A stretch of DNA of 46,314 nucleotides from a virus (taxonomy: Duplodnaviria > Heunggongvirae > Uroviricota > Caudoviricetes): the IMG/VR virus record IMGVR_UViG_2909303794_000006; one strand, given 5' to 3'. The notes beneath the pieces are model-generated. The model did no database searches. It saw nothing but the letters and a program-made list of their open reading frames with translations, and was not told the DNA's origin. Positions 19,392 through 29,584 of this stretch are shown piece after piece. Position numbers and translations under genes: made by a program. Every line of letters starts with the position of its first letter. The stretch's first letter is position 1.

Positions 19392-20900
19392 TTATTCTTC
19401 GGACTGGTCGTCGGTGTACTGCGGCTCCTGTCGTTTCGTTGCGGCACTGCTGCCTCCTTTATCACTGGCCGGATCGGTATCAAATACCAGGTCCAGCTTG
19501 CGGTTTTCATCAATTTCGGCCTTGCGCCGACGTTTGACATCATCCGGATTACGACCACCTGCACGTACCCAGTCTGATTCTGTCGCCGCTCCACCACGAA
19601 TCTGGATTTTCCAGGCCTCAGCCTCCTTAACAGGGTCAATCCACGGCATCACCGGTCCGGAATACACCGCGGTATACAGTGAAGAACGGTCAAGATCGCG
19701 GGGTAGCCTGATAACACCGGATGCCACAGCCTGTTTCAGCCAGGCACGATACATCGGGCGGGTGACGGCACCAATAAACCAGTCCTGCAGGATCAGGTAG
19801 CCATCAGTGGATTCAACCAGCTCCTGACGCTGGGCGCTGTAAGTGCCGTTATAGTTGCGCGCTGTACTGGAAAAACTCAGACGACTGCCCGCCGCCACGG
19901 CACGCAACTGACCATTACGAAAAGTTTCAAGGTTAGGATTTGGGCGATCCGACTTCACCATTCCGATTTCTTCGCCGGGTTTCAGATCGTCGTAAATAAT
20001 GCCTGGCTGAATGGTAAGCTCGCGTTCATTCTCCTTGCTGTCATTACCATCCGTTTCATAGCTCTGTCCGTCGCCTTTGCGGATGTACATCCCCAGAGCA
20101 GCGGCGATCCTTGCTGCAGTCAGCTCAGAATCTTCATACTCTTTCAGGGCGCTGAGGCGGATCAGCACACCGGACAATAAAGACGTCCCGCGCATCTGGT
20201 GCAGACGGCGAACAAATTTAAGATGCAGCATTCGCTCTGCATCCACTTCTTTGGTTTCCATCTGCCGTCCGGATACAGGACGACTTTTATACACCAGATA
20301 TTTTTCGGGACGCCCCCAGTCATCAACAAACACGCCCTGATTCAGCCTGTTGCTCTCATCACTGGTCATGGGAATAAAGTCCGGCTCAAGCGCCTCCAGC
20401 CAGAAATGAACACCGGCAGAAGGCGTCAGGCTGTTTATGCGCCCGGAAACCATCTGGGCAAACACCTCACCATCGCGCAGCCAGGTACGCAGCATCAGAC
20501 GTTCCAGCATCGGACGGGTAAACTGCCCGGTGACCTCCGGACTGACAGACCATTCACTCCATCGGGTACGTATCTCCGCTGCCAGATCACGGGCAATGGC
20601 CCCATTGCGTAATACCGGATGTGGCTCGACAATAATCCCGTTTTTCCCCACCACCCGTTCTTCCAGCTTGTCAAATACACCAATGACCAGATCGTGGTTG
20701 TTATCAAGGTAACGGGCCTGCTCACGTAACGACACGGCCCCGTACTGGCTTAACTGGTCGGCAGTTCGGTTCTCCCGTCGGGCTTTGTGTGTCCGCGTCG
20801 TTTTTACGGCCTCATAAGCCTGGATCACCGCACGGGAACGCAGCCTTGCCGCTTTCCATCCTGGTGAAAAAACGCCAATCACATCATCAAGAATTGCCAT
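19392..20900 (-). CDS. portal protein
   Basis: 502-aa portal-like ORF; start ATG overlaps W stop (TGATG). Confidence 0.85.
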   Translation of the reverse strand: MAILDDVIGVFSPGWKAARLRSRAVIQAYEAVKTTRTHKARRENRTADQLSQYGAVSLREQARYLDNNHDLVIGVFDKLEERVVGKNGIIVEPHPVLRNGAIARDLAAEIRTRWSEWSVSPEVTGQFTRPMLERLMLRTWLRDGEVFAQMVSGRINSLTPSAGVHFWLEALEPDFIPMTSDESNRLNQGVFVDDWGRPEKYLVYKSRPVSGRQMETKEVDAERMLHLKFVRRLHQMRGTSLLSGVLIRLSALKEYEDSELTAARIAAALGMYIRKGDGQSYETDGNDSKENERELTIQPGIIYDDLKPGEEIGMVKSDRPNPNLETFRNGQLRAVAAGSRLSFSSTARNYNGTYSAQRQELVESTDGYLILQDWFIGAVTRPMYRAWLKQAVASGVIRLPRDLDRSSLYTAVYSGPVMPWIDPVKEAEAWKIQIRGGAATESDWVRAGGRNPDDVKRRRKAEIDENRKLDLVFDTDPASDKGGSSAATKRQEPQYTDDQSEE

Positions 20901-21112
20901 CAGAACCTCGCCAGCCGGTACCCGGGATGCCCACGTCGTCGTGTAATCAGAGCCGCAAGGCGGCGCTCCCACTCCTGCCGCCCCTGCCGGATCTCAGATA
21001 AGTTTTCCATGGTCATCTGCTGACCATTAAAAGTGACGGATTTTCCGTCAAGCACCGCCATTTCAGCTTCCGTATAACGCTGAATCATGGCTTCAATATC
21101 ATTCTGATTCAT
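20900..21112 (-). CDS. W: head-tail joining protein W-like
   Basis: 70 aa, resembles lambda gpW; ATGA overlap with terminase stop; GGAGG upstream. Confidence 0.7.
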   Translation of the reverse strand: MNQNDIEAMIQRYTEAEMAVLDGKSVTFNGQQMTMENLSEIRQGRQEWERRLAALITRRRGHPGYRLARF

Positions 21113-23211
21113 AACCATCCTCCGGAAGTCAGCCAGGGGTTAACATCGTCAGTTACTGTTTTCTTCCGTTTTTGTTTTTTAACAGGCGTGGATACCGGTT
21201 CCGGTGAGGGTGACGGTTCGGTACTGTCCGGGACACACTCCAGCCAGGTTTCCCGGCTCGCCCACTCCGGTGCATCCGGCCAGCGGATCTTTTCGTATCC
21301 ATGCAGAATGACCAGAGCCTCGGCATACACCATCAGGTCAAAAGCTTCGTTGGCACCGCGACCCGGCTTACTCCATTTCCCGTCACTGCTCCGCTCTTCA
21401 TACGTCAGTTCGTCGTAAAACCAGCTCCCCAGCCAGTCAGGGAAATGCACATAGCCGGGACCTGGCGAGTCACGCCATAACGCGTTATTCACCCGGTCTT
21501 TCAGGGCATCCGTCTGAAGAAGCCAGAGCGGCACATCACCTGCGGCCTGCGCCCGTCGGCCCGTTCGTCCGGTGTTATCAGGGAATGTACGGGTGATCAG
21601 TTTTGCGCGCCGGATGCTGTCGCCCTTAAACAGGTAAATACGTTTGCCAAGGCCATCACGACGGCAACGACGCCAGAATTTATAGGCATTATCAGTGACC
21701 CCGTCTTCACCGCCGGAGTCCACCGCCATTGCCATCAGTCGCATTTGTTGAGAAGGGTCGGAGGCCAGCGGCCAGCTTTTATGAAAAACATCCGTCAGCA
21801 GGACATCCCAGTCTTCCGGATAGCTGGCCGGATCAATTCGCTGGCTCTCCCCGTCGCTGTCACCGCGCAATGACTGCGTGATGTTGTAACGATCAATAAT
21901 CCAGCGTTCGCCACGGCTGCCATAGCCCGTTACCTGAACCACAAAACGGCGATGACGTCCCGCCTGCACATCCACTGTCGCCACAAGGAAATTAACGCCA
22001 TCCGGCACACTGCGGGAAGGAACTGGCTCTGCCCGCTGCTCAAGCAATTCACTTTTTCGTTGCTCCATGCTGGCGCGGGGAAGATAAGGTAATCCCCAGT
22101 CGGTATTGATAACCGCCCTGAGTGTCTCTTCACTTCCGGTTGTCTCGTATTCCTGTTCTGCAGTAAGCAGTTTGTAAACGAGTTGCGAGAGTGTCTGATA
22201 AGCAGCTGCCGGACCCTCCATCCAGAATGACGCAATACGTGAACGCCGGGGATCACCATAACGACTGCCATCTGCATTGATGGATTCACCATCCCGTAAC
22301 CAGACCCCACGTCCGTTCAGCTCGCGTTTTTGTTCAGGCAAAATCCGTCCTGAACAGGAAGGACACTGAATATAAGCCGCCTCACTTGCCAGCACAGGAT
22401 CGGCAATATCACGGAAACCAGCAACCACATCGCCGCAGGGCTGAAAATACTCACCACAGTGTGGACAGGGCCAGTACCAGCGACGGCGATCGCCACGGTT
22501 ATAGAGCGACAGGATCCCCGTGGTTGGTGGAGCCTCATGCGGTGAAGTCCGTCGCCATTTCACATCCTTCACATCCCTGCCGGGGGAACTCTCCACCAGC
22601 GTCATACCACTGGACATAAATGTGGTGGTACGTTTTGAGGCAAGAGAGAAGGCATCCCCCTCACCATCAATATCTTCCGGAAAACGGTCATAATCCGTCA
22701 GCGCCACGCATTTATAATCTGATGAAGACATGATATTGACTGACGGCCAGCCGATTTTCAGGTAGTTGCCAGCAAGGAATGTTCTGTCATAAACGTTGTT
22801 GTCATTTTTGTTCGGACTCAGGCGACTGACCACTTCCGGGCTGACGCGAAACGTTCTGGCGAGTCGTTTTTTGGAGTGTTCGCGGGCTTTTTCCTCCGTC
22901 ATCTGAATGATCAGCATATCAGCAGGATCGCAAATCACGTTGTAAATCACCCAGCCGTCAATCAGGCCGATAGTCTTGCCGGTTCGTGCCGGGCCAACAA
23001 ATATCACTGCGTCGTATTCACGCGAGGCCAGGCAGTTCATAGGCTCAATAACATACGGTGCCACCAGCGGATCCCACGGGACTGAGTTCCCTGCCCCCAT
23101 GGGCACCCGCATATACTGAGCAACGGCATCAGCAACCCGCATTCGTCTCGGTGCGCGAAGGATATAACCTGAATCGGTTCGTGCTGCCTTTGCGGTTTCC
23201 TGATTCAGCAT
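21109..23211 (-). CDS. terminase large subunit (GpA family)
   Basis: 700-aa ORF with ATPase P-loop region (GPARTGKT) and WYWPCPHCGEYFQ motif. Confidence 0.9.
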   Translation of the reverse strand: MLNQETAKAARTDSGYILRAPRRMRVADAVAQYMRVPMGAGNSVPWDPLVAPYVIEPMNCLASREYDAVIFVGPARTGKTIGLIDGWVIYNVICDPADMLIIQMTEEKAREHSKKRLARTFRVSPEVVSRLSPNKNDNNVYDRTFLAGNYLKIGWPSVNIMSSSDYKCVALTDYDRFPEDIDGEGDAFSLASKRTTTFMSSGMTLVESSPGRDVKDVKWRRTSPHEAPPTTGILSLYNRGDRRRWYWPCPHCGEYFQPCGDVVAGFRDIADPVLASEAAYIQCPSCSGRILPEQKRELNGRGVWLRDGESINADGSRYGDPRRSRIASFWMEGPAAAYQTLSQLVYKLLTAEQEYETTGSEETLRAVINTDWGLPYLPRASMEQRKSELLEQRAEPVPSRSVPDGVNFLVATVDVQAGRHRRFVVQVTGYGSRGERWIIDRYNITQSLRGDSDGESQRIDPASYPEDWDVLLTDVFHKSWPLASDPSQQMRLMAMAVDSGGEDGVTDNAYKFWRRCRRDGLGKRIYLFKGDSIRRAKLITRTFPDNTGRTGRRAQAAGDVPLWLLQTDALKDRVNNALWRDSPGPGYVHFPDWLGSWFYDELTYEERSSDGKWSKPGRGANEAFDLMVYAEALVILHGYEKIRWPDAPEWASRETWLECVPDSTEPSPSPEPVSTPVKKQKRKKTVTDDVNPWLTSGGWL

Positions 23212-23705
23212 TACTCCTCCTGCTGTAATTCCTCCTCATCATCCGCACCTGCTTCAGTCACCCGCAGGGCTATCTGATCGCGCAGATCATCAATAATGGA
23301 CTGAACACGGCTCACAGCGGCAGGCTGCAGACCGCAGTCACGTTCAAGAATATCCGGTAATGTCTCCAGCACCTGCACGACCGCTTTTGCCCAGATGGCA
23401 AACTCCCGTCTGACATCACTGGCCGGAATGAGTTGTGCCGTTTCCTGTTCGAACTTAAGACGCTCACGTTCAGACTGATACCAGGCTTTGCGCTCATGCG
23501 CGTCCATTTCGCCTTCTGCAACCGGCGGTGGTAATGCCAGAAATGCCGACACAATATCAACCACCCGATAAAGCTTGAGGTTGCTTTCATGCCCCCCTGC
23601 AACGGGTAGATTTTGCAGCCTTGCCGCAGCAGTCTGGCGATGTACACCTGACAGTGCCGCCAGTTGACTGATATTCAGCGTCAGATTTTTTAACTCTCGA
23701 TCCAT
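23211..23705 (-). CDS. terminase small subunit (N-terminal HTH)
   Basis: 164-aa acidic-tailed ORF immediately upstream of and overlapping the large subunit. Confidence 0.8.
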   Translation of the reverse strand: MDRELKNLTLNISQLAALSGVHRQTAAARLQNLPVAGGHESNLKLYRVVDIVSAFLALPPPVAEGEMDAHERKAWYQSERERLKFEQETAQLIPASDVRREFAIWAKAVVQVLETLPDILERDCGLQPAAVSRVQSIIDDLRDQIALRVTEAGADDEEELQQEE

Positions 23706-23859
23706 ACCCGCTCCAGAATGTTTTAAACATGCATCTTGCGAACAACTTTAGGCAAACGGTGTTAGTGATGAACAAAAAACAATCATAATCGACACCATGA
23801 AAATAAAACCACTGTAATATCAATCAATTACGGTGGTGGTGATGACGAATAAAATTTCA

Positions 23860-23900
23860 AAAACTAGCCTTTTTCCGCGACGCTCCCGCCCCGTGGCAGG
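23860..23900 (-). other. cos site (cosN-like GC-rich cohesive-end region) of the phage genome
   Basis: minus-strand sequence ...ACGGGTCCTCCCGG...GGGGCGGGAGCGTCGCGG resembles lambda cos (…ACGGGTCCTTTCCGG…GGGCGGCGACCTCGCGG). Confidence 0.6.
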
Positions 23901-24062
23901 CCACCCCACCGGGAGGACCCGTCAGCCTGACAGCTCTGACGAACGTCTGATACAACGCCTTGCATGAATGGCATCGGGATAATCCAGAAAGGCATAGCAT
24001 CGTGCCCACAAGAATCTGTGTAAGTGTCCTGTTTCTTACACCCCCGCACAGGACTGGCGAGC

Positions 24063-24239
24063 ATGAGGGACAAACCCGCGAACCATAAACGCGGTAAAAA
24101 CCCGGTGTGCATCGTTTTTGATTATTCCCGCACACTCGCGCAGAAGGAGTTCCCCGTCGGGCTACGGTCTCTGTTAATACGGGAATACGGCGACGATACA
24201 GCGCATGATGTGTCAGGCTTGAATACCTTTATCTGTTAA
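24063..24239 (+). CDS. hypothetical small protein next to cos (start uncertain)
   Basis: ORF followed by a hairpin terminator; weak Shine-Dalgarno. Confidence 0.3.
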   Translation: MRDKPANHKRGKNPVCIVFDYSRTLAQKEFPVGLRSLLIREYGDDTAHDVSGLNTFIC

Positions 24240-24286
24240 AAGGGATATCAGTTAAGCTATCCCGTGTAGGGTATAAGCCATTATCA

Positions 24287-24313
24287 AAGCCACTCTGGAG
24301 GGAGTGGCTTTTG
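24287..24313 (+). terminator. rho-independent terminator
   Basis: gccactc-tggagg-gagtggc followed by TTTT. Confidence 0.55.
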
Positions 24314-24520
24314 TAATGGCAATAAAAAGCCCCGCGAATGCGAGGCTAAATCCCGGTATTTGTAATGACTGGCTCTTATCTCAACGCAGCCCCTTACCGC
24401 GCGCAAGATGCTCAATATCAAGCATCAGCAATGAGATGTTTAATCTGGATTCACTCCAGAAGTGATCACCATCCTGTCTACAGAGCCAGATGTGAAGGAT
24501 GATGAGTAAAATCATCGCTA

Positions 24521-24970
24521 TCATCGAAGGCATTGCGTCCTGATGTATTCCTGCAGGTAGTTAACCTGCGCGGTTATCCTGTCGATTCCACTTCGGAGAC
24601 GGTAATAATTGAGTTCAGCATCTGCTGTAAGTCCTGGGCTTTCTCCATCGCCCATGCCGCTGGCTCCGGTCGTTGACTTTGCACAGGTGGCGGCGACTTG
24701 CAGGCGCTTACGACCAGCAGAAACATCAGCACGGAGACTTTCGATAGTCGCGTTAGCATCAGCAAGCTCCTTTGTATATCTGGCGTCGAGTTCTGCTACA
24801 TCACGTTGACGCTTCTGCATATCAGCGATGATGGATGTGGCTTTATCGCGCTGTTCTTTGTAAGCGATGGCGTTATCACGGTAATGATTAACAGCCCATG
24901 ACAGACAGACGATGATGCAGATAACCAGAGCGGAGATGATTGCGGTTACCCTGCTCATTGCTGCCCCCAC
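24521..24970 (-). CDS. Rz: i-spanin Rz
   Basis: N-terminal TM helix plus coiled coil, lambda/P21 Rz-like. Confidence 0.85.
   Translation of the reverse strand: MGAAMSRVTAIISALVICIIVCLSWAVNHYRDNAIAYKEQRDKATSIIADMQKRQRDVAELDARYTKELADANATIESLRADVSAGRKRLQVAATCAKSTTGASGMGDGESPGLTADAELNYYRLRSGIDRITAQVNYLQEYIRTQCLR
24574..24765 (-). CDS. Rz1: o-spanin Rz1 lipoprotein embedded in Rz in another frame
   Basis: lipobox VSAC followed by Pro-rich segment; fully inside Rz. Confidence 0.7.
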   Translation of the reverse strand: MLMLTRLSKVSVLMFLLVVSACKSPPPVQSQRPEPAAWAMEKAQDLQQMLNSIITVSEVESTG

Positions 24971-25452
24971 AAACAGACTTCACGCTCAATCTCACGACGA
25001 GTCATCAGGCCTTTCCATTGCTTACCGCCAGCGTATGTCCAGCGCCGTAACTGATCACATGCACCTTTAATATCGCCCTGGTTTATTTTGCGAAGAAGCG
25101 TCGATGTTCTGAAATTACCAGCGCCCACGTTGTAAACGAACGAGTAAAGAGCGCCGCGCGTTGTTTCCGGTATATCGACTTTGATGTACGGGTTAATTTG
25201 TCTGGCGACCATGGCAAGGTCTTTATTCAGGAGGGCTTTGCATTCTGCTTCGGTATACGTTTTACCGGGAATGATGTCTTTTCCGGTGTGTCCGTGACAT
25301 ACAGTCCATACGCCAACGATATCTTCGTATGGTATGTAGCTGACACCTTCCAGGCCATCGTCACCACTCGGACCAGTGATGAGCACAGACGCTATGGCAA
25401 CAGCCCCACCACCAATAGCAGCAGCAACAGCCTTGCGTAATGATGGCGACAT
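24955..25452 (-). CDS. R: SAR endolysin (phage lysozyme, P21 R-like)
   Basis: N-terminal Gly/Ala-rich signal-anchor-release helix; close to P21 R. Confidence 0.9.
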   Translation of the reverse strand: MSPSLRKAVAAAIGGGAVAIASVLITGPSGDDGLEGVSYIPYEDIVGVWTVCHGHTGKDIIPGKTYTEAECKALLNKDLAMVARQINPYIKVDIPETTRGALYSFVYNVGAGNFRTSTLLRKINQGDIKGACDQLRRWTYAGGKQWKGLMTRREIEREVCLWGQQ

Positions 25453-25667
25453 TATTCACCTCTCGCAGCCTTACGCTTATCTTCTTTAATCTTGAAATAA
25501 AGGTTTGTCAGATACGTCAGCAAGCCAAACACCAGGCTACCCAATACGCCTATTGCCACCCACTGGGATGGGGAGACTTTGTCCAGCAACTGCAGTAGCC
25601 AGTATCCCGTCCCCACCGCTGACGTGGTGTATGACACACCTGTTGTGATTTTTTCCATCTGGTACAT
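25452..25667 (-). CDS. S: pinholin (P21 S-like), probable dual start (MYQMEK)
   Basis: two TM segments and C-terminal [13 protein letters not shown] as in S21; start/stop overlap with R. Confidence 0.85.
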   Translation of the reverse strand: MYQMEKITTGVSYTTSAVGTGYWLLQLLDKVSPSQWVAIGVLGSLVFGLLTYLTNLYFKIKEDKRKAARGE

Positions 25668-25700
25668 ACCCCGTCTCCCGTTATCCGGAAGCTGACAACA

Positions 25701-25730
25701 ATAAAAAGCCACCAGTTAATTCCTGATGGC
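25701..25730 (-). terminator. tR-prime-like terminator just upstream of the lysis cassette
   Basis: minus-strand hairpin GCCAUCAG-GAAUUAA-CUGGUGGC followed by UUUUUAU. Confidence 0.5.
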
Positions 25731-26532
25731 CCTGATGCATAAACGTCATAATACCTGACTGTTATGATTGACAATAATGATAATGTTTATATAGAAAGGT
25801 TCCCGATGTGTGTTACATATCATTTCTCCACGGGGAATATCCCCACGCCAGCGCAGACTCTTTTACCCGTTCTCTTCTGCGCTGGCTCTTTTTTATTATG
25901 CTGCTGCATTTACCTCTGGCACCAGGCTTTCTATCTCAACACAATACGTGGTACTTCTTGTAACCAATATCATAACGATTAATCGACATAGAATTTCTCC
26001 CGTGTACAGGAACAGAGTTAAAAAGCCGGAACCGGAATCAAATCACAGGATGACCATCTGCCAGTGGCAGGTCATAAAAAAAAGGCCGCGCCATGCGCAG
26101 CCAGAACTCACAAGGAAAATGATAGAAGGAAATAACATTAGTGATGTACGCATGGCGCCTCCCGCTAAGTTCTGCAATGATCAAACAGAACTCGCTACGT
26201 GCCCTTAAAACTCGATCATTTAGCCCCTCCAAGGAGGATTCACCATGCGGTTGATTTTTTAATAAACAGTAAACAAAAAAGTCAAGAATTATTCATTCTG
26301 TTCTTTCATCATCGGCCACAGCAATACCACAATGCCGCAGACCAGAGCGCCATCAGTCAGTACCAACATTATCCTGCTGGTGAAATCCATCATCACCATC
26401 ACTAAAAGCAGGATCACAACAGCAAGCAGACACAGTTTATAAAACAATGTTCAGAAAACGCATTCAGCATGCCTAAGGTTCTATTCCTACGAATAGCCAA
26501 CTTGCAACTTAAAATATTATTTATGCAGCCAA

Positions 26533-27291
26533 TTAAATTCTGGTCCTTACAATATCAACCTGAAGATTCTTATCTTGTGCTGATTGATAAATGACAAACC
26601 TTTTACTACCTGCATTGAAAGAAGTAGACAAAACCAGACAATTATCATAACGAGCAAGAACATAATACCAACCATCATTATAATTAATCATTTCATATTC
26701 TTTCTTAAACTGCGGTTTGTAATATCCTGTCAGAAATGAAAAAAGCCAGAAATATGCCACAAAAGCAATCATCACAATCTCAAAAAAATGTTTTTTTATA
26801 AATGGCTTATCATAGAAGCATGATACCGATAAAAATCGCCCATAAGATCTTATCGAAATTGTAACCGCCAGCGCAATCGCTGCTGACAGTAGCAAAAGAG
26901 GTACCTGAATCTTCTGTCTCAATATAGAAAACTCAATAATTGCCGGCACAAACAATAATTCCACAGCAAAATAAAGGCGAAATACATTTAGCTCTTGCAT
27001 AGAATGTTTTCTTTTCACTGCGAAAAAGAATACAACACCAATACCCCAACCGATAAGAAATATAGCAATGACGATAACTGCAAAAAATAAACTTCTGGCA
27101 ACATCATCAACACCTGCACCTACAATCCACCATGGGAAGCCGTAGTAAAAAGAAGTACCCCATCCATAGAAATAAGCACTCCCCCATCCAAGGCATCCCA
27201 TGTAGGCAATAAAAAGTGAAGAACTCCTGAGCAGCGCACCATCCTTCATAACCACCCCAATACAAGATGATAACATTGGCTTACAACTCAT
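26533..27291 (-). CDS. AT-rich polytopic membrane protein of unknown function (late-operon moron); start may be internal Met15 at 27249
   Basis: 252-aa ORF, several hydrophobic segments rich in W/Y/F/G plus C-terminal soluble tail; GC visibly lower than flanking phage genes. Confidence 0.65.
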   Translation of the reverse strand: MSCKPMLSSCIGVVMKDGALLRSSSLFIAYMGCLGWGSAYFYGWGTSFYYGFPWWIVGAGVDDVARSLFFAVIVIAIFLIGWGIGVVFFFAVKRKHSMQELNVFRLYFAVELLFVPAIIEFSILRQKIQVPLLLLSAAIALAVTISIRSYGRFLSVSCFYDKPFIKKHFFEIVMIAFVAYFWLFSFLTGYYKPQFKKEYEMINYNDGWYYVLARYDNCLVLSTSFNAGSKRFVIYQSAQDKNLQVDIVRTRI

Positions 27292-27449
27292 AACAAAAGC
27301 AATTCAATGCCGTCAAGAGGTTACAGGCTAAAAAACTCTATTACATTGCAGTCAGCATGTTTACTACACAAATACAATTCAGAGCATAAAAACTACTCGG
27401 CGGCAGGTTATTGAGACTCATCAATGACATGTAAAAAACGCCCATTATT

Positions 27450-27485
27450 GGTGTCAAGTTTCCCCAAAGTTATTCAAAAAGTCAA
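27450..27485 (-). promoter_or_regulatory. late promoter pR-prime / qut region downstream of Q
   Basis: TTGACT -35 and spacer resemble lambda pR-prime as I recall it; -10 reads GAAACT rather than TAAATT. Confidence 0.5.
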
Positions 27486-27527
27486 TATTATGCCGTTAAT
27501 ATGTTGCCATCCGTGGCAATCATGGCG

Positions 27528-28151
27528 CTAACGTGTGATCGCATTCAAAATGTTGTCTGCGATTGACTCTTCCTTGTGGCATTGCACAACCAGAGCGTCA
27601 TACAGCGGCTTAACAGTGCGTGACCAGGTGGGTTGGGTAAGGTTTGGGATTAGCATCGTCACAGCGCGATATGCGGCGCTTGCTGGCATTCTTGAATAAC
27701 CGACGCCTTTACATCTTCCGCACTCTTTCTCAGCAACTCTCCCCCACAGCTCTGTTTTGGCTATATCAACCGCACGGCCTGTACCGTGGCAATCTCTGCA
27801 TCTTGCGCCCGGCGTAGCGGCACTACGGCAATAATCCGCATAAGCGAATGTTGCGAGCACTTGCAGTACCTTTGCCTTAGTATTTCCTTCAAGCTTTGCC
27901 ACGCCACGGTATTTCCCCGATACCTTGTGTGCAAATTGCATCAGATAGTTGATAGCCTTTTGTTTGTCGTTCTGGCTGAGTTCGTGCTTACCACAGAATA
28001 CAGCCATTCCGAATCCGGCTTGTGATTGCGCCATCCCCATAGCAGCCATCACATCAGTACCGGAAAGAGAGTCAGAAGCCGTGGCCCGTGGTGAGTCGCT
28101 CATCATCGGGCTTTTTGGCGAATGAAATTTAGCTATGCTTTCGAGTCTCAT
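27528..28151 (-). CDS. Q: late antiterminator Q (lambda type)
   Basis: 207 aa, near-identical to lambda Q. Confidence 0.95.
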   Translation of the reverse strand: MRLESIAKFHSPKSPMMSDSPRATASDSLSGTDVMAAMGMAQSQAGFGMAVFCGKHELSQNDKQKAINYLMQFAHKVSGKYRGVAKLEGNTKAKVLQVLATFAYADYCRSAATPGARCRDCHGTGRAVDIAKTELWGRVAEKECGRCKGVGYSRMPASAAYRAVTMLIPNLTQPTWSRTVKPLYDALVVQCHKEESIADNILNAITR

Positions 28152-28813
28152 GCGCCTTCTCCCTGTACCTGAATCAATGTGAGGTTTCCGCAGAACACTG
28201 CGCCAGTATCGATATACATCTGGTTGGCAAATTTGAGTGGTTTCACTGCTGGCGTATGACCAAAGATGAACGTGTCCGCGCCTTTGATTTCTTTCACGAT
28301 CCCGTCTTGTGAGTTGCTGATTCGTTCGCGGTTCCAGATTACCTGCTGATGATCAACTGGCTTTCCAAACTCGTATTCGTCACAAGGATAATCGGCGTGG
28401 CAGATGACATATTTTTTATCTTTGCTCACCAGTTCGATGATTAACGGAAGTTCTTCTGCTTTATGGGCAAGAGCTTTAGCCAGAATTTCTTTGTCGTAAT
28501 CGAGATTAAAGAACCAGCCACCGCCATTAAGCAGCCAGTGATTGACGTTTCCACGCTCTGATAAGCCATCAATCATCATTTGCTCATGGTTTCCACGTAC
28601 AGCTCTGAACCAGGGGAATGTGATTAATTCCAGGCATTCTACGTTCTCTGTACCGCGATCAACCAAATCGCCCACCGAGATAAGCAGGTCTTTTTTGGTG
28701 TCGAATCCTATCGTCTCCAGTTTTTTCATCAGGTTCGTGTAGCATCCGTGCAGATCGCCAACTACCCAAATATTTCGGTATTTGCTGCCATCAATTCTTT
28801 CGTAGATATTCAT
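28148..28813 (-). CDS. ninI: Ser/Thr protein phosphatase (lambda orf221/NinI)
   Basis: metallophosphatase motifs GDLHG, GDLVDRG, GNHE. Confidence 0.9.
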   Translation of the reverse strand: MNIYERIDGSKYRNIWVVGDLHGCYTNLMKKLETIGFDTKKDLLISVGDLVDRGTENVECLELITFPWFRAVRGNHEQMMIDGLSERGNVNHWLLNGGGWFFNLDYDKEILAKALAHKAEELPLIIELVSKDKKYVICHADYPCDEYEFGKPVDHQQVIWNRERISNSQDGIVKEIKGADTFIFGHTPAVKPLKFANQMYIDTGAVFCGNLTLIQVQGEGA

Positions 28814-29421
28814 GCAACCTCACTTCTGCTGTTTCGCAGTTTTTTAAGTTTCTGTTGATACTCCGCCTTGATGGCCCTGCACTCTTCGACAGTCCAGCGA
28901 TAGCGGTTATGGTTTGATTCGATTTCCTCTACTGCTTCCTGCCCGATGCGGCTAATCAGTTCGACGCGATACGGAACGAGATTTCCGCTTTTGTGCTGGT
29001 TGCACACCACGCATTGCTTGTGAATATTGCGTTCATCAAATCGGAGTTGAGGCGCCGCAGCAGTTGTCCGGTAATGCCCGGCATCCCACTGAGCAGACGT
29101 GAGCGTTCCGCACGAGATACATGGTAAGTCGCGGTCTCTTTCTCTGATGAAGGCGTTTACGGCTTGTTGGGCTTGTTTAATCCAGTAACTGCGGGGCTTT
29201 AAGGCGAGTTTTCGAATCTTAAGTTTATCTTTCTGTTTCTGCTCCTCTCGTCGTCGTTTCTTCTCTGCTGCCTTTTCCGCTTTTTCGCGTTCTTTGCTTC
29301 GTCGTTCGAGAGCTATCTTGGTTCCACACTCTGGAGAGCACCACCACTGATTGGCGAATGCAGGGTGAAACCATTCCCGACATTCATCGTTTTTACATCG
29401 TCTTCGCGCTGGTTTAGCCAT
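28810..29421 (-). CDS. ninG: NinG (Rap) recombination/junction-resolving protein
   Basis: 203 aa, lambda NinG-like with Cys clusters. Confidence 0.85.
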   Translation of the reverse strand: MAKPARRRCKNDECREWFHPAFANQWWCSPECGTKIALERRSKEREKAEKAAEKKRRREEQKQKDKLKIRKLALKPRSYWIKQAQQAVNAFIRERDRDLPCISCGTLTSAQWDAGHYRTTAAAPQLRFDERNIHKQCVVCNQHKSGNLVPYRVELISRIGQEAVEEIESNHNRYRWTVEECRAIKAEYQQKLKKLRNSRSEVA

Positions 29422-29584
29422 CGTCTTCTTCCTCGTGCATCGAGCTATTCGGATCGCTCATCAGTTCTGCGCAGCAGTGCTCACACACGTGAACTTCCAG
29501 CACATGCAGCTTCTGACCGCAGTTAGCGCACGTTAAAGCTCGCTCGACACTTCCTTGTTCGTAACTTCGATTTTGGTCAATCAC
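29414..29584 (-). CDS. small Cys-rich Nin-region protein (NinD/NinE-like), GTG start
   Basis: 56 codons not in ORF track; sequence ...[41 protein letters not shown]; start overlaps NinF stop, stop overlaps ninG start. Confidence 0.5.
   Translation of the reverse strand: MIDQNRSYEQGSVERALTCANCGQKLHVLEVHVCEHCCAELMSDPNSSMHEEEDDG

Noticed and set aside
23857-24135. Two overlapping minus-strand ORFs (82 and 92 aa) across the cos region
   Set aside because: They span the GC-rich cos site with no Shine-Dalgarno or recognisable product.
26199-26405. 68-aa plus-strand ORF ending in a run of five His
   Set aside because: Low-complexity product in an AT-rich tract, no ribosome-binding site; the poly-His is the antisense of ATG/GTG-rich sequence on the other strand.
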